DNA from: Acidobacteriota bacterium
GTDB taxonomy: Bacteria; Acidobacteriota; UBA6911; RPQK01; JAJDTT01
Assembly: GCA_965217775.1 (NCBI GenBank)
Contig: CBDCJH010000002.1
Span: 5,984,001-6,048,000, forward strand
Reading direction: 5' to 3'
Length of the DNA: 64,000 bases
Below, in pieces: positions 47,349 to 57,198 of this stretch. The stretch's first letter is position 1. Every line of letters begins with the position of its first letter. The position numbers and the translations under genes were made by a program. The notes under the pieces were generated by a model. It searched no databases, was not told where the DNA came from, and saw only the letters and a program-made list of their open reading frames with translations.

Positions 47349-48486
47349 CTACAGCTTCTCCACCAGACGAGCCAGCAAGGCCGCGCGGGCGGGCAGGGCC
47401 TCCAATTCGATGTGCTCGTGCAGGGCGTGGGCCCCGTCTCCGTCCACGCCCAGGCCGTCCAGCGTGGGGACGCCCAGTGCAGCGCTGTAACTGCCGTCGC
47501 TTCCCCCTCCGGTCTCTCCCTCTTCCAGGTCGAGACCCAACTCCGCCCCGATCTCGCGCGCTCGGTCGAAGAGTTGCTGTCCGCCCTCGCCCTTGATCAT
47601 GGGAGGCCGGTTGATCCCTCCCGTAACCTCCAGCCGGATCTCCGGGTGCCTCGGCTTCAGGGCGTGCAGCGCATCCTCGACCCGGTGACCCTCCTCCACG
47701 GTCCGGAACCGAAAATCGATGGTGGCTTTGGCGAACTCGGGAATCACGTTGTCCCGGGTGCCGCCCTCCGCCATGGTCACATGGACCGAGGTCTCCAGAC
47801 GGCTGGAGGCGAGTCCGTGAATCGCCTCGATCTGGTGACCCAACTCCCGGACGGCGTTCACTCCCCGCTCCGGCTCCACTCCGGCGTGGGCGGCGCGGCC
47901 ATGGATCCTCAAAGCCGCCATCCCGCACCCCTTGCGAAAAGTCTTGAGGATCCCTCCGTGCAGGGGAGGCTCCGTCACCAGCACCAGATCGCTCTCGCGA
48001 CTGAATGCCTCGATGAGCTCCCGGCTGGCGTCGCTTCCCGTCTCTTCGTCTGTGGTGTAAAGGAATCTCACCTTTCGGTCGGGTCGAATCCACCCGCGAG
48101 AGATGAACTCCTGGATCTTCAGGGTGGCGGCCACTCCGGCCTTCATGTCGAAGATCCCGGGACCATGGATCCTCCCCTCTTCGATCCGGAAGGGCATCCG
48201 CTCCAGGCTCCCCTGAGGCCAGACCGTATCCACGTGGCAGAGCACCAGGATCCGGCCACCGCCGCCCTCTCCCCATTCGGTCCAGACGATATCGCCCACG
48301 TCTGCTCTGGGAATGATCCGCGGCTCCAGACCGCAGCCCCGAACCTGGCCGGCGAGGAAGGACACCAGCTCGTCCACCAGCCCCTTGTCGGTGGAGGGAC
48401 TCTCCAACTCCACCAGCTTCCGGAGCAGCTCCACCGTGGAGTCCCGTTCCTCTTCGAAGGCTCTCAGCAGCTCATTCCCCGTCATC
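47349..48486 (-). CDS. M20-family (glutamate carboxypeptidase-like) metallopeptidase
   Basis: HVDTVW, GIFDMKAG, DEETGS, GRAAHAG, GGGSDG and GAHA..E. Start approximate (MTGN near 48485, or 48518). Confidence 0.9.
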
Positions 48487-49332
48487 TTCCCTCCAGTCGT
48501 AGTGGATGTCTCCGACAAATTCGACCCGCCCCGTCAAACGAACCTCTTCTCCCGGTTGCCACGCTACCTCCTGCTCCCCGGTCTCGGTTCCGACGCGAGT
48601 CGGGGATCCGACTCTTTCGGTGTGGATGGCGGCGACCGCGGCTCCACTGCAACCGGTACCGGACGAATGAGTCGGTCCGACGCCTCTCTCCCAGATCCGC
48701 ACGTCGAGGCGCTGCGGCCCCGTCACCCGGACGAAGCTCACGTTGGTCCGCTCGGGAAAGGCGGGATGCACCTCGAGAGCCGACCCCAGGCGCCGGAATT
48801 CGGCGCCCCGCGGCAGAGTGGAGACGAAGACCACGCACTGGGGATTGCCCACCGACAGGGCCGTAACGGGCACCGGGGCGGATCCCACCTGCAGCGAGTG
48901 GTCCACGACCTGGGACAATTTCTCTTCCAGGCGGATCGGAATCTCCTCAGGAATGAAGGAAGGCCGCCCCAATGAGGAACGGTAGCGCCAAGAGGATTCG
49001 TCGTTGCCCAGGAGGCGATGCACCTTGACGCCGGAGAGGGTCTCGAGAATCAGGTCCGGATTCCGGGACCAGCCCCGGTGATGGACGAAGGCGCCGGCGC
49101 ACCGGCATCCATTCCCTGACATGGCGGCCTCGCTGCCGTCGGGGTTGAAGATGCGGATTCGGAAGCGGTCCTTTCCTAGCGGATCGACGAAGACGCACCC
49201 GTCGCCGCCGATCCCGAAGTGACGCCGGCAGATGTCCCGGGTCAACGTGTCCGCTCTCCGGCGGGTCAGATCGCTTTCCCGGATCACCAGGTAGTCGTTG
49301 CCGTAGGACTGGTACTTGGAGGCCGCGATCAT
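48472..49332 (-). CDS. dapF: Diaminopimelate epimerase-like protein with both catalytic Cys positions as Ser
   Basis: KYQSYGNDY, RHFGIGGDG, FNPDGSEA, VGNPQCV, FPERTNV and WERGVG; active-site motifs read MSGNG and SSGTG. Confidence 0.8.
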   Translation of the reverse strand: MIAASKYQSYGNDYLVIRESDLTRRRADTLTRDICRRHFGIGGDGCVFVDPLGKDRFRIRIFNPDGSEAAMSGNGCRCAGAFVHHRGWSRNPDLILETLSGVKVHRLLGNDESSWRYRSSLGRPSFIPEEIPIRLEEKLSQVVDHSLQVGSAPVPVTALSVGNPQCVVFVSTLPRGAEFRRLGSALEVHPAFPERTNVSFVRVTGPQRLDVRIWERGVGPTHSSGTGCSGAAVAAIHTERVGSPTRVGTETGEQEVAWQPGEEVRLTGRVEFVGDIHYDWREDDGE

Positions 49333-49348
49333 GGAGGCGTTCGCCGCC

Positions 49349-50716
49349 TCAGCTCGCGTGGATCCCACTGCTGAGTTCCTCCAACTTTCCCCGGACCAGA
49401 TTCTGGATCTCCTCCAGCCTTTCCGGGGAGTCCGCCTCGAAACGGAGCACCAGAACGGGTTGGGTATTGGAGGCGCGCACCAATCCCCAGCCGTCCGGAA
49501 ACACGATTCGCACGCCGTCCACGTCCACCGTCTCGTAGTTTCGGGAAAAGTAGGACTGGGCCCGACCGACGATTCGGAACTTGAGGTCCTCGGGGCAGTC
49601 CATCCGGATCTCGGGGGTGCTGAAAGTCGGAGGGACGTCTGCCAGCAACTGCGAAAGCCGACGCCCGCTCGTCGCGAGGATCTCCAACAGCCTGGCGCCC
49701 GCGTAGATGGCGTCATCGTAGCCGAAGTAGCGGTCGGCGAAGAACATGTGTCCGCTCATCTCCCCGCCCAGGACGGCCCCTACCTCCTTCATTTTGGCCT
49801 TGATGAGGGAGTGGCCGGCCTTCCACATGACGGCCCTTCCGCCGCGAGCCTCGATGTCCTGGTACAGGCTCTTGGAGCACTTCACCTCGGCCACGAAGGT
49901 GGTGCCGGGCCGCCGTTCCAGGATCTCCCGGGCGTAGATCATCATCAGTTGATCTCCCCAGAGAACCCCCCCCTCGTCGTCCACGACCCCGATCCGGTCC
50001 GTGTCGCCGTCGAATGCGATCCCCAGATCGGCCTCACTGGAGTGGACGGCCTGCATCAGATCCTGCAGGTTCTCCACGATGGTGGGGTCGGGGTGGTGGT
50101 TGGGGAATCGGCCGTCCGGTTCCGAGTAGAGCTCCCGGACCTCACAACCCAGATCGGAATAGATGGCGGGCGCCACGAGACCGGCGGTCCCGTTGCCCGA
50201 GTCGACGACGACCTTCAATCGTTTCCCCAAGGGTGGAATCCGCTCCTGGATGTGCCGACGGTAATCTTCCATCAGGGACGCCGTTTCCATACTGCCTTCG
50301 CCGCCAGCGAAGTCGGCCGCTTCGATGATCTTCCGGACCTTCCGGATCTCGTCGCCGTAGATGGTGGCGGTCCCCAGGGCGACCTTGAAGCCGTTGTACT
50401 CGGGTGGATTGTGACTTCCCGTGATCATCACTCCCGCCTCCGGCCCCAACCGGTGCAGGGAATAGTAGAGCAGGGGGGTGGGACAGACTCCGATGTCGAT
50501 GACGGTCAGGCCGGTTCGGGTCAATCCCCGGGCCAGAGCGTCCCGAAGCCGGGTGGAGCTCAGCCGGACATCTCTTCCCAACGTGACCCGGGCGGCGCCG
50601 TGCCGGACGAAGTAGGTGCCGAGACCTCGGCCCAGCATTTCCACCGAATCGTCGGCCAGATCGGTATCCGCGATTCCCCGAATGTCGTATTCTCGAAACA
50701 ACTCTGGATTCATCAA
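49349..50716 (-). CDS. Phosphomannomutase/phosphoglucomutase
   Basis: FREYDIRG, TGSHNP, FDGDTDR, GEMSGH and RASNT; TTG or ATG start. Confidence 0.95.
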   Translation of the reverse strand: MMNPELFREYDIRGIADTDLADDSVEMLGRGLGTYFVRHGAARVTLGRDVRLSSTRLRDALARGLTRTGLTVIDIGVCPTPLLYYSLHRLGPEAGVMITGSHNPPEYNGFKVALGTATIYGDEIRKVRKIIEAADFAGGEGSMETASLMEDYRRHIQERIPPLGKRLKVVVDSGNGTAGLVAPAIYSDLGCEVRELYSEPDGRFPNHHPDPTIVENLQDLMQAVHSSEADLGIAFDGDTDRIGVVDDEGGVLWGDQLMMIYAREILERRPGTTFVAEVKCSKSLYQDIEARGGRAVMWKAGHSLIKAKMKEVGAVLGGEMSGHMFFADRYFGYDDAIYAGARLLEILATSGRRLSQLLADVPPTFSTPEIRMDCPEDLKFRIVGRAQSYFSRNYETVDVDGVRIVFPDGWGLVRASNTQPVLVLRFEADSPERLEEIQNLVRGKLEELSSGIHAS

Positions 50717-50730
50717 GTCTCCAGTATCTG

Positions 50731-51810
50731 CTAACTTGTTTCCGGGGTTCCCGACAGCTCGGTCTTGAGCTCGTCGATGGCCGCCACGGGGCTGGGGTCC
50801 TCACCGTTGAGGAGCCCGAGGTACACGCTGGCGTAGTCACCCAACAGAAGCAGCATCAACAATCGCTCCAGCCAGCTTCCGCCTTCGGTCCAGTACTCCA
50901 GCGTGGTCCCGGAATGCCGGGAGAGGAACCTCCGGGTCCAATCCAATCGGAGTTGGATTCTGGGATGGTCCTCCGGATCCCTCAGAAAAACCGGAAGTAT
51001 ACGCTCCAACAGATCTGCGGGATGTTTCCATCCCACGACCTCATTGTGATTCATTTCAGGAAGGGCCCTCCAGCAGGAGAGCTGCTTTCCATTTTCCGCG
51101 AACTGGCCGCACCACCGGCGGGCCACCAGTTCCAACCGGTCCTGGCTCCCATAGACGAAGGGGATTCTGCCGTGGAGAACTCGGGCCGCCTGCTTGGCCG
51201 GGTTGGTGGAGGTCGCCTGCTCGGGACCGTAGGCCCGGATCCTGTCCCGGACCCAATCCGGAGATTGCGCCAGCTCCCGGTCGCGACTCGGAATCAGAGA
51301 CAGGCGGCTCAGGATCGCAAGACAGGGAAACGAAAGAAAGCCCAGAGCCGATCGGGGAGGCTGGCCGCCGGGAATCCGGGCCCACGGGTGTCCATGCTCC
51401 CGGGCCAGGCGAGCCAGGGTGCCGCCCGAAGAGATACAGACGATGGGGGCTCCCGCGGCATGAGCGGCCTGGAAGGCCGACACCGTCTCTTCCGTATTGC
51501 CGGAGTAGCTGCAAAGCAGCGAGAGCGTATCGGGGCCCACGAATCCCGGCGCATCGTAGTTGCGGTTCACCCATAGCGGAACCGTCAATTCCCGGCCCAG
51601 GTACGACTGCAGGAAGTCGCCGGAGGCCGCCGAACCTCCCATCCCGCTGACCGTCACCGCTCCAACGCCGGCGGGAAGGGCCGGCAAATCGACCTGGTTG
51701 CCGATCTCAAGAGCCTGCTCCACCTGGCGGTCGAACCGGCCCAGGTAGCCGAGCATGTCCTGAGCATCCCGGCGCCGGATCTCACGCGAGTCGTCTAGAA
51801 TCTGGTTCAT
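50731..51810 (-). CDS. Bifunctional phosphoglucose/phosphomannose isomerase
   Basis: GMGGS, SYSGNTEET, SSGG, QPPRSA, ENGK and PEMNHNE. Start placed at MNQIL. Confidence 0.92.
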   Translation of the reverse strand: MNQILDDSREIRRRDAQDMLGYLGRFDRQVEQALEIGNQVDLPALPAGVGAVTVSGMGGSAASGDFLQSYLGRELTVPLWVNRNYDAPGFVGPDTLSLLCSYSGNTEETVSAFQAAHAAGAPIVCISSGGTLARLAREHGHPWARIPGGQPPRSALGFLSFPCLAILSRLSLIPSRDRELAQSPDWVRDRIRAYGPEQATSTNPAKQAARVLHGRIPFVYGSQDRLELVARRWCGQFAENGKQLSCWRALPEMNHNEVVGWKHPADLLERILPVFLRDPEDHPRIQLRLDWTRRFLSRHSGTTLEYWTEGGSWLERLLMLLLLGDYASVYLGLLNGEDPSPVAAIDELKTELSGTPETS

Positions 51811-51853
51811 CCCGGCCGGTCTCCCTGCGAAAGAGCCCCCTGTCTCAGGGCTG

Positions 51854-54553
51854 TCAACTGCCCCCCTGATCCGTTCCGGGAAAGTACCGGTTGGCAAAGG
51901 ATCGGATGTGACTGGGTGTGACGTTCCGGATGACCGAAACGTACTCCCGCGGCGACCGGGAGTCGGTCTTGGAAAAGGCTTTCAAGGCGAGTTGAAGGAG
52001 CAGGTTCTGCCGATCCTGGCGGAGAGCGTGATGGTGAGTGATGGCGCCCACGATGGCGCTCAGGACGTCGTTCCTGGAGAACTGGACCTTGGGGAGGCTG
52101 GAGAGCAACGTCAACAACTCGCGGCGAGCCTCCCTCTCCCGCCCCTCGATGGACGACACCGAGGCGAAAAGGGCGCCCCGGCTCAGTGTCGACTGAAACT
52201 GGAGATCCGGGTCGGACAGTGCCGGGCTTCCCGCGGGCACCAGATCCCGGATCTGAGGACTCAGGAGAAGGTGTTTCCAGACGTCGGCGACGTAGGAGTC
52301 GCGGGTCCCAAAGGAGGGTCCGGGCAGTCCCACCATCACCACGCCCTCCCGCTCCACGACGGCCGGTTCGGGATCGGACGGACTCGGCTCCTCCTCGATC
52401 TCCTCTTCCTCATCCTTGCGCACCGCCCAGCGGCGCTGATAGCGGCTGTTGGCCAGTTGGGAGATGAAGTCATCCAGGAAGGAGGTCCCCTCGATATCTC
52501 CCAGGATGAAAATCCAGGGATGGACGCCCTGCATCCGAATCCGGAGCCATTCGTCGACTTTCTGCAGCTCCAACCGTGAGACCGACTCCCGCGTCCCCAG
52601 CCGGTCCAGGCCATACGGATGAGACCGGTAAAGGAGTGAGCGGGTCCTGCTAAGGGGCCGGGAACGCTCGTTATCCTGCCAGCTCCGGATATCGGCAAGC
52701 AGTTGTTGCCGTTCCAGGATCAGGGACTGCTTGTCCAGCGCCGACTCCCGGTACCAATCGATCAGAAATTCCAGAATTTCGGGAAGATGGCGGGAGAGTA
52801 CAGTGCAGCGAAGGCCGAAGAAATCCAGTTCGTTGACCACTTGGATGTCGGCGCCCATGAGCTCCAGGTCGTACCAGCGGAGCTCCCCCTTTTCTTCCAC
52901 GGTCTGGCGGAGTGTGCTGCGGACCATGAGCTCCGTGATCCCGGCGTTTCCAGCCGACTCCTGGATCCGGCCACCCGGAAAGAACACGCCCAGGTGAACC
53001 AGAGGCGCAGTATGCTCTTCCTGGAAGTAGACCGAAGGTCCTCTCAGGATCGACGTGGATTTGAACTCGGGCCGTGAAAACCGGGGCTGGAACCGAACCG
53101 GCGCGAAGTCATCGCCCCGCGCCGACTTCAGGGGAGAATCCTGCTGCCGGAGGGTTGCCGGCGGCACCAGCAGGTCCAACATCTCCTGGAAGGATGACGC
53201 CGAGAAGGTTCGTTTCTCCGCGGTCGCCGGGTAGTATTCCAAGACGGACAACCGGTCGAGCTTCAGGTACCTGGAAGCGGCTTCCCGCACCCGGGCCGGG
53301 GTCATGGACTGGACCCGGTCGACGGTTTCCGGTCCCTGCCAGAAGCGGCCGGCCGCCTCCATCCTGGCCTGACGGACCGCCCGCTGCCGAAGACTGTTCC
53401 GGTCCCGGTAGAGGTCCTTCACCAAGAGAGCCTTGGCCCGGTTGAGCAGGCCCGGCGTGATCCCCTGCTGCTTGATGTCCTCCACCACCGCCAGGGTTTC
53501 GACTTCCACCCGGTCGATCCGGCCGGGGGAAGCCGCCAGGGAGACCCAGAAGAGGCCCGTCCCGGAATCGGCCTCCACCCGGGACTGAGACCAAACGGCC
53601 GTTCCCGGTTGGACCAGCCTCTGGTGGAGCAAGGAGCTTTTCCCTTGACCGAGAAGGTATGCCAAGAGAAGCAGGGCCTCGTGATCGGGGTGGGCGAGAC
53701 CCGGAACACTGTAGCCTAGCAGTACGTGGGCCTGCTGCAGCTTGCCCGTCAGGTGATGGTAGGTCAGGCGCGTCACGGAGGGACGCCAGGGCTTGCTTTC
53801 AGGCTTCGTCGACCGCCGCCGGACCCGCTCCTTCCCCGCCGGACGGCTGCCATAGATGCGGGCCACGTGTTCCAGCACCTGGTTTCGCAGCACGGCGCCG
53901 GAGACGGACAGAATCAACCGGGACGGATGATAGCGCTCCCGGTGCAGCCGGACCAACGCCTGGTGGGGATCGTCCGCGCGGGTCGCCGGTCCCACCCCGG
54001 GCAGAAGTCCCTCCAGCAATCTGGCCCGGGACAACTCCCGCGGAGAGTGCCGGAGCATGCGGTCCTGATCCTGCACCGCCGCCACGGCCCGCTCCAACTC
54101 CTGGGCCGTTGGAGCCGGCGAGTCCAGCAGGTGGGCATGAGCCTTCAGCGCGTCTTCCAGATGGGCGGCGGGAGCCGTCGAGACAAAAGACGGTCCCGTG
54201 AGTCCCGCTTCAGGTCTCAGCTTCAAGGCCGCCTCGAAACTCAGGGTCTTGAGCTTTTCGTTGTTCAAGAGAAGCTCGGACAGCAACCTCTCCCGGCGCC
54301 GGTCGTCCGGAGCCCCGGCGGACCCGCGCAGATGCGTGACCACGGACGCCAGGGGAGCTGCGGGATGTTCTTCGATCAGGAGGGTCAGGCCGTTCCTGAA
54401 AACGACCCGAATCAGGTTCTGCCGGTCCTCCCGGTGAGTCAAGCTCCGCTCATACTCGGGCCGGGGGAGGTCCCGGCGTCCGGCCTGGCCTTCGGCCCCG
54501 GAAACGGGCAGGCTCAAGATCAGAAACGAGAGTCCGAAAACCAACGCTCTCAT
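51854..54553 (-). CDS. Secreted M16 (insulinase/PqqL-like) family protein lacking HxxEH
   Basis: Signal peptide MRALVF; NGLTLLIEE, YHPSRLILSVSG, LGQGKSSLLHQRL, GITELM and HPYG. No inverted zinc motif in either half. Confidence 0.75.
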   Translation of the reverse strand: MRALVFGLSFLILSLPVSGAEGQAGRRDLPRPEYERSLTHREDRQNLIRVVFRNGLTLLIEEHPAAPLASVVTHLRGSAGAPDDRRRERLLSELLLNNEKLKTLSFEAALKLRPEAGLTGPSFVSTAPAAHLEDALKAHAHLLDSPAPTAQELERAVAAVQDQDRMLRHSPRELSRARLLEGLLPGVGPATRADDPHQALVRLHRERYHPSRLILSVSGAVLRNQVLEHVARIYGSRPAGKERVRRRSTKPESKPWRPSVTRLTYHHLTGKLQQAHVLLGYSVPGLAHPDHEALLLLAYLLGQGKSSLLHQRLVQPGTAVWSQSRVEADSGTGLFWVSLAASPGRIDRVEVETLAVVEDIKQQGITPGLLNRAKALLVKDLYRDRNSLRQRAVRQARMEAAGRFWQGPETVDRVQSMTPARVREAASRYLKLDRLSVLEYYPATAEKRTFSASSFQEMLDLLVPPATLRQQDSPLKSARGDDFAPVRFQPRFSRPEFKSTSILRGPSVYFQEEHTAPLVHLGVFFPGGRIQESAGNAGITELMVRSTLRQTVEEKGELRWYDLELMGADIQVVNELDFFGLRCTVLSRHLPEILEFLIDWYRESALDKQSLILERQQLLADIRSWQDNERSRPLSRTRSLLYRSHPYGLDRLGTRESVSRLELQKVDEWLRIRMQGVHPWIFILGDIEGTSFLDDFISQLANSRYQRRWAVRKDEEEEIEEEPSPSDPEPAVVEREGVVMVGLPGPSFGTRDSYVADVWKHLLLSPQIRDLVPAGSPALSDPDLQFQSTLSRGALFASVSSIEGREREARRELLTLLSSLPKVQFSRNDVLSAIVGAITHHHALRQDRQNLLLQLALKAFSKTDSRSPREYVSVIRNVTPSHIRSFANRYFPGTDQGGS

Positions 54554-54628
54554 GTTGAAATCGTAGCAATCGGGGGTTCCGAACTCAATTTGGATTTGGA
54601 CGCGGGACTCGGGTATCGTAGATCTGTG

Positions 54629-55225
54629 ATGAAGGCGAAAACACTGGACCAAGGGGACCTGATAGAGGGCCTCAAGAGCCGGGACACCAAGGTCATCGAC
54701 ACCTTCGTGGATCAGTTTTCCCGCCCTCTCTTCGGGGTCATTCTCAACTACACCAAGAACCCGTCCGACGCCGAGGAGATCCTCCAGGACACGCTGCTCA
54801 GGGTCATCCGCAAGATCGACACCTTCCGGCAACAGAGCGATATCTGGCCCTGGATGAAGAGGATCGCCGTGAACAACAGCATCATGTGGCTCCGCAAGCG
54901 CAAGCGACAGCGGGAGATCCAATGGGACGACTGGATGCCCCGTTTCCGGGAGAACGGCGAACTGGCATACCCGATCTTCGGCTGGACCGGGGATCCGGAA
55001 GAGCTTTTCCTGAATCGGGAGCTGTCGGCGCAACTCTACCGGGCCATACAGTCCCTGCCCTTCGCATATCGGGCGCCGGTCGTGCTCCGGGATATCGACG
55101 GATATCCGATTCGGCAGATCGCTTCCCTGTTGGGGCTGAAGGAGGCCACCACCAAGACCAGGATTCATCGAGCTCGGCTCTTCTTGCGGGAGAAGTTGGC
55201 TCGCTACCATGACGGGAGGACATGA
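54629..55225 (+). CDS. ECF sigma-70 factor
   Basis: Region 2 DAEEILQDT...WMKRIAVN and region 4 LPFAYR...QIASLLGLKEATTKTRIHRAR. Confidence 0.93.
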   Translation: MKAKTLDQGDLIEGLKSRDTKVIDTFVDQFSRPLFGVILNYTKNPSDAEEILQDTLLRVIRKIDTFRQQSDIWPWMKRIAVNNSIMWLRKRKRQREIQWDDWMPRFRENGELAYPIFGWTGDPEELFLNRELSAQLYRAIQSLPFAYRAPVVLRDIDGYPIRQIASLLGLKEATTKTRIHRARLFLREKLARYHDGRT

Positions 55226-55536
55226 ATTTCAGAAATCGGCGCTCTGAACTGCTCACCTGCAAGGAGTGCATCCACCTGCTTCTGGACTACGCCGACGGCT
55301 CCATGGTCCCCGAGGTCCGGCGCAAACTGGATGAACACCTGTCCGCCTGTCCCCCCTGTCAGCACTATCTCCGCAGCTACACTTCCTGTACGGAAATGGT
55401 TCAACAGCTACGAGACCAGGAGGCGCAAATTCCCGCGGAACTCCAGCATCGCCTCAAGTCGTTTCTGAGGGAGCAGGTGAACCTGCCGTGGCCGCAGCCA
55501 CGCCGCCGGCGGGCGAAGTGGTCCAAGAGATTCTGA
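55222..55536 (+). CDS. Zinc-finger (zf-HC2/ZAS) anti-sigma factor
   Basis: CKEC...DYADG...HLSACPPC (HxxxCxxC); ATGA overlap with the sigma gene. Confidence 0.9.
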   Translation: MNFRNRRSELLTCKECIHLLLDYADGSMVPEVRRKLDEHLSACPPCQHYLRSYTSCTEMVQQLRDQEAQIPAELQHRLKSFLREQVNLPWPQPRRRRAKWSKRF

Positions 55537-55667
55537 TCCGGCAGTCCGTGGTGAAAGTCGCGCGAGCACCGAGACCGTTCCTGCGCCCGCCGGACAAGGC
55601 GCGATGAGGGAGTATCCATGTTGCAAATCTTCCGATTTTCCAGGGATTGTTTCCTCCCTGGTTAGAC

Positions 55668-56621
55668 TCATCCGACCGCCCTGACTGGCCGCGGTGTCCA
55701 CACCCGATCCTGGCTCAGCAGGACGTTGGCCAAAATCACCATCTTGCGCATGATCGCCGTGAGCGCCACCTTCGGCGCCTTGCCCCGCTCACGCAGCTGG
55801 CGATACTTCTGGATGTAGTCCGGATTGTGTCGAATGGCGGTGAGGGCGGCCATATACAGCATCCGCCGCACCCGATGCCGGCCCCCGCGGATGAAGCGAC
55901 GTCCCTTCCAGGTCCCCGACTCCCGAGCCACCGGCGCCAGACCGGCCAAGCTGGCCACCGCCTTGGAGTCGATCTGTCCCAGTTCCGGCATCAGAGAGAG
56001 CAGGCCCGCGACCGTGACCGGACCCATTCCCGGAATCGAAGTCAGCACTTCGGCTTTGCGCGCCAGCGCCGGATCGGCTTTCAGCAACTTGCGGAACTCG
56101 CCGTCCAGGGCCCGGATCTGGCGCTCAATCTGAGCCAGCCGCTGTCGCAAATGCCGCTTCACCATCGGGTGGCGCGCGTGGTGGCTCCGGTTGCGAGCCG
56201 CCGTCCGATCCTTCACCAGCCCGTCCCGCGCCGAGATCAGTTCCTCCAACTGGCGCTGCGTGGGCGAGGACACGTCCACACGCCGCAACGGGAGCGCCTC
56301 CCCCATCCGGGCCAGGATCCGGGCATCCACCGCATCGGTCTTGGCCTCCTGGCCCAGCGCCTGCGCGAACCGCCGCGCCCGCATCGCGTTGACCCGAGCC
56401 AGCGGCAACCGAGCGGCCAGAGCTTCCTCCATCGCCCGGTGCCAGGGGCCCGTGGACTCATACACCACGCACCGGACCTCCGGTCCGATCCAGCGGGCCA
56501 GGGCCTGGAACCCTGCCGTGTCGTTGGGGAACCGCTTCGACCGTCCCGAAGGCCACTCGTGCACGTCCAAATGCGCCTTCGAGATGTCCACACCCACCGT
56601 CTTTGAGGTATCTTGAGTCAT
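55668..56621 (-). CDS. IS110-family recombinase/transposase
   Basis: RuvC-like DEDD: GVDISK, YESTG, KTDAVDA; C-terminal SIPGMG, AGLAPVARESG and GGR..VRRMLYMAA. RBS GGAGG/AAGGA upstream. Confidence 0.96.
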   Translation of the reverse strand: MTQDTSKTVGVDISKAHLDVHEWPSGRSKRFPNDTAGFQALARWIGPEVRCVVYESTGPWHRAMEEALAARLPLARVNAMRARRFAQALGQEAKTDAVDARILARMGEALPLRRVDVSSPTQRQLEELISARDGLVKDRTAARNRSHHARHPMVKRHLRQRLAQIERQIRALDGEFRKLLKADPALARKAEVLTSIPGMGPVTVAGLLSLMPELGQIDSKAVASLAGLAPVARESGTWKGRRFIRGGRHRVRRMLYMAALTAIRHNPDYIQKYRQLRERGKAPKVALTAIMRKMVILANVLLSQDRVWTPRPVRAVG

Positions 56622-56631
56622 CTTTCCTTCC

Positions 56632-56800
56632 TCCTGTGCTTGTCGTGCGAGCCTTGACGCTCACGTATCCATTCAGGACGTTGGGAAAGACGGTGGCGGC
56701 CCCACTCCCTCCCGGCCCTTGACGGCCGGCATACATAACGGCCCGACCACCGCCGCCGAGGCGCCTCTGGCCAGAGGCGCCTCGGATGGATCCTCCCAAA
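56632..56800 (-). ncRNA. Putative IS110 bridge RNA
   Basis: A perfect 30-bp palindrome (56756-56785), then two internal loops each around a GTCAAG-capped hairpin; loop strands match the target and donor junctions. Transcript ends approximate. Confidence 0.78.
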
Positions 56801-57053
56801 AGATCCCAACCCGTATCGGAATAACCCACCAGAAATCATGCCGGCGCCACCGAGCCAAGCCTGGACGATGGCTGGGTCACGGCCCTGCGCCTGCTGTCGC
56901 CACTGGCGGCGTTGACGGGGGCAGGGGGGGCCGGCCCCCCCTGAGACCCCCCGGATGCAAAGAGACACATACCCACTTGAAATCCCTGAAACGAGAGCCC
57001 CGAGGCCCCCTCGTCACCCGGAACCCGCCTGTGGAAAATCAAAGATTTCCCAC

Positions 57054-57198
57054 AGGGTGCTCCCTTTTTGCTGACACCACAATCTGTACCCCCCCAAGAA
57101 GAAAGACAGACAAGAAATAACAGACAAGGGTGCTCCCTTTTTGCTGACACCACAATCTGTACCCCCCAAGAAGAAAGACAGACAAGAAATAACAGACA
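57054..57198. repeat. Tandem duplication (73 + 72 bp) at the IS110 left end
   Basis: AGGGTGCTCCCTTTTTGCTGACACCACAATCTGTAC(n)AAGAAGAAAGACAGACAAGAAATAACAGACA occurs twice, differing by one C in the homopolymer. Confidence 0.95.

Noticed and set aside
54554-55210. N-terminal extension of the 1118-aa M16 ORF and the 499-aa version of the sigma ORF
   Set aside because: These are mutual antisense overlaps; the signal peptide at 54553 and the sigma start at 54629 give non-overlapping divergent genes.
57054-57198. Mini CRISPR array
   Set aside because: The two units are identical along their whole length (no variable spacers), there are no cas genes, and the repeat is explained as a duplication of the IS110 end.
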